Source: Octopus sinensis (lineage: Eukaryota). From it: 8,049 nucleotides of DNA. Under the pieces are notes generated by a model. It saw only the letters and a list, made by a program, of their open reading frames with translations, did no database searches and was not told where the DNA came from. Below, one piece after another: positions 1 to 7,793 of the stretch; within the stretch, counting starts at the first letter, position 1; every line of letters begins with the position of its first letter. The translations under genes were made by a program, and so were the position numbers. The DNA lies in contig NW_021828569.1 in NCBI RefSeq assembly GCF_006345805.1, positions 1-8,049 of the forward strand, read 5' to 3'.

Positions 1-3
1 ATC

Positions 4-4
<1 letters not shown>

Positions 5-79
<75 letters not shown>

Positions 80-86
80 TTATCTA
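5..86. repeat. (TATC)n tetranucleotide microsatellite
   Basis: 18 perfect TATC units at 5-76, then an imperfect continuation to 86. Confidence 0.98.
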
Positions 87-525
87 GCTGTATGTCTGTT
101 AATACAAACATCGGTATAGATATTTATTTCCTACGTACGTTTCACTATGGCAATTAATTGGAACTAGAATTGGAACTACAACGGATCATCAGGGAAACGC
201 TTTATCGCATTCTGTTACTATTACATCTCTGTAACAGAATGCAATAAAATGAAGATTCAGTGTGGTTCGGGCATCCAAACGCAATTACAACATCCAATGC
301 TGAGTTCCAAATAACTGCAATGGTTAAACGTACAAAGGTGCTAAATATTTTCACTGGTGTTTATTGTACTTTTCCCCGACATATTCTATTAATATCAAAA
401 CTAGTAACACTGCTAAGTACAGTGGTTGACTAACCATTGTACTAGAAACTGACTGGATAATGATAATCTATGTGGAACTCTAATTCATATAGCAGTAGTC
501 ATATATCTAACTGTGCGCTCAAGAT

Positions 526-596
526 ATGTGTGTGTACATGTATGTGTGTGTGTGTGTGTGTGCGTGTGTGTATAATATATATATATACATATATAT
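526..596. repeat. Compound (TG)n/(TA)n microsatellite
   Basis: A TG run grades into a TA run and abuts the SINE 3' tail. Confidence 0.95.
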
Positions 597-1018
597 TCTT
601 TTATTCGTTTACTTGTTTCAGTCATTTGACTGCGTCCATGTTGGAGCACCAACTTGAAGGGCTTTAATCGAAATCGACCCAAGGACTTTTTTTAAGAATA
701 GTACTTATTCTATCGGGTCATTTTGCCGAACCGCTACGTTACGGAAACGCAAGCAAACCAAAGCCGATTGTCAAGCAGTGATGGGGCGACAAACGCAGAC
801 GTAAAGACACACACACATAGATACATATATATAAATATATATATATACAAACACATATATATTTATGTGCGTGTGTGTGTATGCGACGGGCTGCTTTCAG
901 TTTCCGTCTACTAAATCAACCTCACATGGCTTTGGTCGCCCTGGGGATATAGTCGAAAACACTTGCCCAAGGTCCTATACAGTGGGACTGAACCCGGAAC
1001 CATATGGTTGGGAGGCAA
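596..1018 (-). mobile_element. tRNA-derived SINE (octopod, CORE-like family), copy 1; near full length, extreme 5' end missing, internal microsatellite
   Basis: The minus strand has Pol III B-box-like GGTTCAGTCCC (984-994) followed by CORE-like CCTTGGGCAAGT (961-972). 981-996 is the exact reverse complement of 7821-7836. The tail motif at 621-645 recurs at 1132-1156 and 6380-6404. The family label is from recall. Confidence 0.9.
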
Positions 1019-1027
1019 TTTATATAA

Positions 1028-1030
<3 letters not shown>

Positions 1031-1094
<64 letters not shown>
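1031..1094. repeat. (TG)32 perfect microsatellite (Z-DNA-prone)
   Basis: 64 nt of uninterrupted TG. Confidence 0.98.
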
Positions 1095-1096
<2 letters not shown>

Positions 1097-1106
1097 TATA
1101 TATATA

Positions 1107-1156
1107 TTCTTTTCTTCTTTTACTTTTTTACGTCACTTGACTGCGGCCATGCTGGA
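1107..1156 (-). mobile_element. SINE 3'-tail fragment, copy 2 (same family as copy 1)
   Basis: 1132-1156 GTCACTTGACTGCGGCCATGCTGGA matches 621-645 at 22/25, preceded by the same T-rich tail. Confidence 0.8.
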
Positions 1157-1177
1157 CACATACGTGTATTACATACA

Positions 1178-1179
<2 letters not shown>

Positions 1180-1216
<37 letters not shown>
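1180..1216. repeat. (TA)18 microsatellite
   Basis: Perfect TA run. Confidence 0.97.
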
Positions 1217-1218
<2 letters not shown>

Positions 1219-1384
1219 TAAATTCATGAATATGTTTTTCGTATGTATGAAAGTGTTTGTGCGTGTGTGTGTGTTCGTGTGAGTTTGTGCGTATCATAGA
1301 TTCATAGAAGAGTGAGATCGACAAGATGAAAGATGAAGAAGAGGAATGAGAAGGACAGACAGGCAAAAAAGATGGAGAGAGAGC

Positions 1385-1418
1385 GGGGTGGGAGAAGGGG
1401 GTGGAAAGGGGAACAGGG
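1385..1418 (+). other. G-quadruplex motif
   Basis: GGGG-T-GGG-AGAA-GGGGG-TGGAAA-GGGG-AACA-GGG: five G runs of at least 3 with loops of 1, 4, 6 and 4 nt. Folding is untested. Confidence 0.6.
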
Positions 1419-1469
1419 AGAGCAGGTGGTTGGATGAATGACGAATTATCAAATAGTAAATTATAGCTA

Positions 1470-1864
1470 CATGCATTCATACACGCTCACAACTCGTACA
1501 AATATATGCATACATACATACATGCATGCATGCATACATACGTACATACATACATATTATGTACGTACGTACATACATATATACATACACACACATATAT
1601 TTAAGCCACACGATGTGTGTGTGTGTATGTGTTTGTGTGCGTGTATATATGTGTTTATACATGATCGTGTGTTGAGAGTGGAGCGATAAATGAATCAATT
1701 TAAAGATTGTTGTACGTGTAAACGCCCCTTAATCTATATACCTTAACACGTATCCACATATGTATATACATCTATATATATGTGTGTATATATATATACA
1801 TATGTATGTATATATATATATACTTATGTAAATATGTATGTATATATATATAGTTATATATGTA

Positions 1865-1910
<46 letters not shown>

Positions 1911-2390
1911 CATACATATATCTGTGTGTATATAGATGTATGTAAATATATATAAATATGCGTGCATATGTATATACATTTATGTAAATCTGTGTATATT
2001 TATATACACATATGCATGCGTTTTAGAGTGTTTGTATGTATGTGTGTATTTATATATATTTATGTAAATATACATGTAAGCGTATATATGCGTTTGCGTG
2101 CGTGTGTGTGCGTGTGGTGGGGACCTACGCTTGTATACGTGTGTATATATCAGCGTGTATATAATCTTTGAAAGGCAGATTTCTTTCCTTTATGCATAAA
2201 CATACACACATACATACATACATACATACATACAAATATAAGTACTTGCATACGTACATACGCACATTCATACGTACATATATATGTACATATAAGTGTG
2301 CGTGTGTGTGTGTATATATATGTACATGTGCGTGTGCACACAGATACACGCGCGCGCACATACATGCACACACATACATACATGTACGCA
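1470..2390. repeat. Degenerate compound (TA)/(TG)/(CA)/(TACA) microsatellite field
   Basis: Near-continuous alternating purine-pyrimidine repeats with short unique gaps (~1675-1735, ~2165-2190). Boundaries are approximate. Confidence 0.93.
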
Positions 2391-2442
2391 GAGAAGTGTA
2401 AATTAAATAAGTTTAAAACGAGACAAAAAAAACAAGGTGAAG

Positions 2443-2580
2443 AATAAGAAGGGAGAAGAAGAAGAAGAAGAAGAAGAAGAAGAAGAAGAAGAAGAAGAAG
2501 GAAGAGAAGAAGAAGAAGAAGAAGAGAAGAAGAAGAAGAGAAGAAGAAGAAGAAGAAGAAGAAGGAAAGGGGAAAGAAGA
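2443..2580. repeat. (GAA)n polypurine microsatellite, interrupted
   Basis: Long GAA run with several GAAGAGAAG and GAAGGAAG interruptions. Confidence 0.96.
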
Positions 2581-2809
2581 ACCAAAACGACAACGGTATG
2601 AACAATCGAATGAATAAAATATCAAATAAAAAGTGTATAAATGAATAGATTTGAAATATAATACACACGCAAACATATACACAATATACGAACGAAAAAG
2701 ATAATAACAGGGGAAGATAAAACGCTCAAAAATAACAAAAACAAAGCTAAGCAGAAATATGGCCTAGAAAGTGAAAGTGAAACTACACGATATTGCCATA
2801 TCTAGGTCA

Positions 2810-2968
2810 AATATAACAACTGTAACAACAGTAACAACAGCAATAACAGCAATAGGGGCAACAGCAACGGTGATGACGATATATTTATAGCAATAGCAAT
2901 AGCTGTGATAACGCTGATAGTAATAATAATTATAATAATAATAACAATAATAATAATTAATAATAATA

Positions 2969-3049
<81 letters not shown>

Positions 3050-3082
3050 TAACGATAATAATAAAATATAATAATAATAATA

Positions 3083-3124
<42 letters not shown>

Positions 3125-3354
3125 TAATAATAATAACGATAATAAAAAAGGCGATGGTGCTTGAAATAATAGAAGTAGTTGTAATATTACTACTAGTACT
3201 ACTACTACTACTATTACTACGACTCCTAATTATAATGATGATGATAATGAAGATAATAAACAATAGTAGGAGTCATAGTAATAGTATTAAGCATGGCAGT
3301 TGTAACAACAACAGGAACAACAATATTCATGGTAGTAGTAGTAGTAGTAGTGGC

Positions 3355-3390
<36 letters not shown>

Positions 3391-3480
3391 AATGATGGTG
3401 ATGATGATGATGATGATGGCGATGATGGCGATGATGATGATGATGATGATGATGATGATAATGATGGTGATGATGATAAC
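2810..3480. repeat. Compound trinucleotide array (AAC/AGC, AAT, ACT/AGT, GAT)
   Basis: Successive triplet motifs, with a long (AAT)n at ~2920-3140 and (GAT)n at ~3355-3478. Confidence 0.96.
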
Positions 3481-3567
3481 GTTGGGAATTGGCAAATTAT
3501 GTTGCTGAAGGTACATTGATCGATCGGCGGAGTAAACTTGTCATGCAATGCACTCACTAAGCAATCC

Positions 3568-3672
3568 GTACACACACACACACATACGCACACACACACA
3601 CACACACACACGGTCACACACGCGCGCGCACATACACATGCACATACATACATATTATATATATATATATAT
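3568..3672. repeat. (CA)n/(TA)n microsatellite
   Basis: CA run followed by TA run. Confidence 0.95.
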
Positions 3673-3707
3673 ACAAATCTGTACATGTTTATACATAGAG
3701 AGATGCC

Positions 3708-4035
3708 CGTTCTTCTTCTTCTGCCATCCCCTCCCTCCCCGCCTCCTCCTCCTTCTCCCTGTTCTCCCTTGCTCTCCTCCGTCTTCTCCTCTTCGTCACT
3801 CCTACCCCTCCTCTTTCGCCCACATTCTCCCTCCTCCTCCTCCACCCCCCTCCCCCACGCTGCCTCTTGAAAGATCGATACTAGAATTATGAATTGCCAG
3901 CGAGAAACTGGGTCACTCATAGCTCATAGCTCTCTTAATTCTTTAATATTTATTTATCTCCACCACCCCCTCTCACTCTCCCCCTTCTCTCTCTCTCTCT
4001 CTGTCTCTTCCCTACTCCCTCCTTTTTCCCTCTTG
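3708..4035. repeat. Pyrimidine-rich low-complexity tract (CT/CCT) split by a short unique island at ~3865-3950
   Basis: C/T-dominated sequence containing CCT and CT runs. Confidence 0.85.
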
Positions 4036-4037
4036 TT

Positions 4038-4316
4038 ATACATACATACATTATGTTATATGTAAGTGGTTATTATGTATGTATGTATGTATATATATAT
4101 ATATATATAAAATTATATATATACATACATATATATACATATTTGCAAGTAAATGCATATATATACTTATGCTATGAGTATATATATATATGCATGTATG
4201 TACGCATGTATGTATGTATATATATATATATATATATTATACATACAAATATATACATACATATACATATTTATAAGTAAATGCATATATATATTTATGC
4301 GTAAATCTACTGTACA

Positions 4317-4360
<44 letters not shown>

Positions 4361-4459
4361 CAAATGTATATATGAAAATGTATATATATATATATATATA
4401 CATACAAGCATACAACATATATATACATACATGCATACATACATATATATATATACATG

Positions 4460-4513
<54 letters not shown>

Positions 4514-4586
4514 CCATATATGCAAATGTTTATGTTCATATGTGCCTGCATATATATACATGTGCACACACACACACACACACATA
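4038..4586. repeat. Degenerate (TA)/(TACA)/(CA) microsatellite field
   Basis: Long TA runs interspersed with TACA and TGCA variants, ending in (CA)n. Confidence 0.95.
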
Positions 4587-4664
4587 TTCCTCATGGCGAC
4601 CCAGAAATATCGGCACAAGGAAGAAAAAAGTAAATAAAAACGGAGTGAAGGGTGGGGGGGAGGA

Positions 4665-4725
4665 GGATTAGGTGGGCCGAGAGAGCCATGGGGGGGGGAT
4701 TAGGTGGGCCGAGAGAGAGCCGTGG
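4665..4725 (+). repeat. 32-bp-period tandem duplication
   Basis: GGATTAGGTGGGCCGAGAGAGCCATGG (4665-4691) and GGATTAGGTGGGCCGAGAGAGAGCCGTGG (4697-4725). Confidence 0.9.
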
Positions 4726-4839
4726 CGAGAATGTGGATTAGGGGAGGGCAATGTTTAGAAACCTCTAGAAAATAAATGAAGGGGAAATCACGTAAAAAAA
4801 TAGCGACATCGAAAAATCAACAACAGAATCGTGGGAGAA

Positions 4840-5262
4840 AAAGAGAGGGGAGGAGTAGTAGTAGTAGGAGGAGGAGAAGGAGGAGGTATGTGGTGTGTGT
4901 GTGTGTGTATGTGTGCGTGCGTGTGCGTGTGTGTTTGTGTGTGTGAGAGCGAGAAAAAAAAGTTATAGCGGGAGAGGTAAGTAAACAGATATAGAGAGTG
5001 AGTGTGAGAGAGCGGATTAGATACAGAAAGGGAGGGAGAGGGAGAGAGAGAGAAGGGAGGAAGAGAGAAAGGGAGTGAGAAAGAGAGGGAGAGAGAAATA
5101 GTGTATGACTGAGTGTCAGAGAAAGTATGCGGGAGAGGAATGGAAAGACAAAGGGAGAGAAAGACAGTCAAAGAAAGAGAGTGTGTGTGTGTGTGAGAGA
5201 GAGAGAGAAGACAAACAAACAGAAGCAAGCTATGACAAAGCGTTAGAGAAAGGAGGTGAAAA

Positions 5263-5298
<36 letters not shown>

Positions 5299-5325
5299 TG
5301 AGAGAGAGAGAGAGGTAGAGAGAGA
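4840..5325. repeat. Purine-rich (GA)n/(GT)n low-complexity field
   Basis: GA, GAG and GT runs, with pure (AG)12 at 5275-5298. Confidence 0.92.
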
Positions 5326-5429
5326 AATGTGTTGACGGCAAAGAAGTGGAAACGAGGCTGACCAAAAACTCAAATTCTTTCTCCGTGCTTGTGTGAAACT
5401 TTGTCGAGTTGGCTGATTAATTATTCATT

Positions 5430-5660
5430 AGGTTTAGACCCTCCCCTTTTTTTCTTCTTCCTTATTCTTATTCCTTAACTGCTTCCTCTTCCTCTTACTT
5501 CCACTTCCATAGTGTGACTCTCCTCCTCCAGCTCCTCCTAGCAACTTCCTCATACTCTATCTCTCTCTCTCTTTCTCCTCCTCTCTCTCTCTCTCACCCC
5601 CACCACGCCCCAATGCTCCTACTGACCACGATTGTCCCCCCCTCCCCCTTCCCTCGCAAC
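5430..5660. repeat. Pyrimidine-rich (CT)n/(CCT)n low-complexity tract
   Basis: CT runs at 5561-5594 and C runs at 5636-5653. Confidence 0.88.
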
Positions 5661-5711
5661 CTCATTTCTCTACGACAGCCGTAACTTGCCTTGTTATTAA
5701 CACAGATCTCT

Positions 5712-6050
5712 CCACCACAACGACCACCACTAGAACCCACCCCTACTACATCGCCACCACGGAAAAAAAACACAACCACCAACACCATCACCACCACTAC
5801 CATCACTACCATCACCACCATCGCTACCATCTTCACCACCACCACCGTCACCACCACCACCGCAACCACCATCACCATGACTACTACCACCACCATCACC
5901 GTCACCACCACCACCGCTATCACTACAACCATCATCATCGCCACCATGATACCACCATCAATACCACCGCAACCACTACCACCATCACCACCACTGTTTC
6001 ATATCACTACATCGCCCCGACACACCATACGACACACCATACCACACCAC
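5712..6050. repeat. Degenerate (ACC/ATC/ACT)n trinucleotide array
   Basis: Continuous 3-nt periodicity, giving poly-Thr and poly-Val artefact ORFs. Confidence 0.93.
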
Positions 6051-6100
6051 GCATGGACAGCAGGCCCATCAACATTACCAGAGTTTCTACTTATTAGTTA

Positions 6101-6297
6101 AATTTACGAGTAAATGGGTGAGTATTCCACAGACACTGCAAGGCATATGATTCGATGTTGTTCCACTTCCACCAATCATCCACGAAAGATCGGAAGGCAA
6201 ACTCGACATCGGCGGGAATTGAACTCTCAGTGCAGAGTGTCGGGAAAACTATGACGAGACCTGCTGTCCAACGATCAAACGACTCCCCCCCTTCCCT
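6101..6297 (-). mobile_element. Degenerate tRNA-derived SINE of a second family (possibly Meta-domain type)
   Basis: The minus strand has B-box GTTCAATTCC (6215-6224) followed by CGCCGATGTCGAGTTTGCCTTCCGATCTTTCG. I recall this resembling the octopod SINE head 'CCGCCGAGGTCGACTTTGCCTTTCATCCTTTCG'. Single copy in this window, so there is no internal confirmation. Confidence 0.55.
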
Positions 6298-6363
6298 TCA
6301 CAGCCATTTTCCCCTTTTTTTTTCTTATATTACTGTTTCGTTTTAATTGTCACCTTTTATTGT

Positions 6364-6520
6364 TATTTCCTTTTTCTGCTTCATTTGGACTGCGACCATG
6401 TTGAGGGCACACTCTTCAAAGGTTTCAGTCGACTAGAGTGACCTCAGTGGTATTTTTTAAAAGTATGGGACTTTATACCAAACCGCTATGTTACGGGGAC
6501 ATGAAAAAATGAATAACAAG
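6364..6520 (-). mobile_element. SINE 3' half, copy 3 (diverged relative of copies 1 and 4)
   Basis: Tail motif TCATTTGGACTGCGACCATGTTG at ~6381-6403. 6481-6500 is the exact reverse complement of 7981-8000. Confidence 0.85.
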
Positions 6521-6601
6521 TCCGTTGTCACACATGCAGAAAGGTGTTCGCCTCCATTTTGGAAAACAATCTCTCAACATATATATAGTCAAATCAAATA
6601 A

Positions 6602-7611
6602 ATGAGCATTGAAAATAACTATAATAAACAACAAGGGGACGTGCACAAGGAAGTTATTAGTTTGACGCTCAGCAAAAAGAAAGAGTTTCTGAAGGCAGAA
6701 CCGGTGGAGGCAGAAGTGGAAAATGCGCTGAGGGAACGATCAAAGGAGATAACGTATATAACCAAAGGAAGAAGATATGAGACAATGGTCGTCCAATTTA
6801 GGACAGTAGAGGAGGTGAGGAGTGTGGAGGTGAAATAGAGGAAATAGTGAAAGACTTCCAAAGTGAGGGTAGAAGCTATTCCACCGGATATAGAAGTGGC
6901 TTGGGTAGCGGCAGCTGTCCTTGTTGGAAGCGAGAAGGTGGCTGTCCTCCAAACCACAGAAACGGAAAAAGGAGGGTGGAAAGGAAAGACACTTGAACTC
7001 ATTATTCAGACGGAGGAGGTTCTCCTGGTGAACTTGACAGAGACGGTGGCGTTGGGGGAAATCGTGCTGGGGGTGTGGGTAGAGGGCAGAGTACCACGTT
7101 GTTTTAAATGTGGCCAAAAGGGCCACATTAGAGTATACTGCCCCCTACAGAGGACAATAGCTGAGGAAACAGTTGTGGAAACGGAAGAGAAAAGAGAGGA
7201 AGAAAAGACAGGCGGAGGAAAAGAGGAAAAGGAGGAAGAATGGAAAGTTACAGAGAGCAGAAGGAGAAAGAGAGAAAATAAGAAAAACACTGAGTACGAT
7301 GTGGTACCCCAGTCCAACTCCATCCTAACCAAGACCACTCAGACCCACCCTCCCCATACAGACACCAAACCCACCCGCCCAACCTATTTCCCCACAAGAA
7401 ACAAAAAGTAAAAGAAAGAACAGAAAACAGAAAATAGGGAAGACCCCCATCCCCGGTAAAAAAAGGTTACGAATGCATGGCGGAGAGAATGAGTGGAGAA
7501 TAGGAAAAAAGTGATGGAGAAAGGGGAAAAAGGATGGGACTGAAGGAGAAAAAGGACTTAGGACCCAGAGGCGGCGAGGAATGGTGTTACTCAGTGTCGA
7601 GGAGTGAATAG
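6602..7611 (+). pseudogene. Decayed non-LTR retrotransposon ORF1 (gag-like nucleic-acid-binding protein: putative RRM-like region, one CCHC zinc knuckle, charged/Pro-rich tail)
   Basis: ORFs 6602-6838 and 6863-7411 are in the same frame, separated by stops TAG, TAG and TGA (6836-6850). The CX2CX4HX4C motif CFKCGQKGHIRVYC lies at 7100-7141, preceded by VEGRVPR as is typical of LINE ORF1p. A Pro/Lys-rich tail plausibly continues through +1 frameshifts (7329-7514, 7504-7611). The 3' boundary is inferred. Confidence 0.8.
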
Positions 7612-7793
7612 TACACTCTCCATAATATCATTTTCAGATATCATTCATATTATCCTAGTTTAATTTGTTTTTCATCTTCATTATATTGTGCCATTCATTA
7701 TATCATATTTTATTTTTATATTTCTAATTGTTATATGTGCCCACATGTGTTGTAGTGTCCCCCTCTGTGTAATGCATTTATGGCAATTTAAAA
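6602..7793 (+). mobile_element. Non-LTR retroelement remnant carrying ORF1 only, with a T-rich putative 3' UTR
   Basis: The purine-rich ORF1 switches abruptly to T-rich sequence (7612-7790) ending in AATTTAAAA. No endonuclease or RT motifs were seen, no TSD was found, and the true 5' end is unknown. Confidence 0.55.

Noticed and set aside
1014-1022. GGCAATTTA at the 5' junction of SINE copy 1 and again at 7782-7790 beside copy 4
   Set aside because: The 9-mer is on the same strand although the SINEs are oppositely oriented, and in copy 1 it overlaps SINE sequence. It is most likely chance in AT-rich DNA and is not a TSD.
3121-3519. 132-aa ORF with a poly-Asp tract, reminiscent of acidic biomineral proteins
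   Set aside because: It is wholly explained by (AAT)/(AGT)/(GAT) repeats. The poly-Ile start only mimics a signal peptide, and the other frames give poly-Met and poly-Ile equally well.
4665-4744. TTAGG/TTAGGG telomeric seed
   Set aside because: The copies are isolated and non-tandem, so this is not an interstitial telomeric array.
6018-6041. 12-bp tandem duplication CGACACACCATA (and CTCATAG x2 near 3916-3929)
   Set aside because: Ordinary slippage duplications with no associated structure.
470-6101. All ORF-track entries in this span (poly-VC, IY, TH, I, D, T, S/L etc.)
   Set aside because: They are translations of stop-free microsatellites, with no domain-like sequence or credible splice context.
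6548-6562. YY1-like CCATTTT upstream of ORF1 as a LINE internal promoter
   Set aside because: It is a short, common motif with an imperfect flank, and the element's 5' end is undefined.
7100-7141. CCHC knuckle as evidence of an LTR/retroviral gag or a host gene (CNBP/ZCCHC)
   Set aside because: It is a single knuckle with no LTR, PBS, protease or introns seen. The context and in-frame stops fit a decayed LINE-type ORF1 better.
6619-7338. Minus-strand ORFs 6619-7002, 6740-7126 and 7006-7338
   Set aside because: These are antisense shadows of the purine-rich ORF1 with no recognisable motifs.
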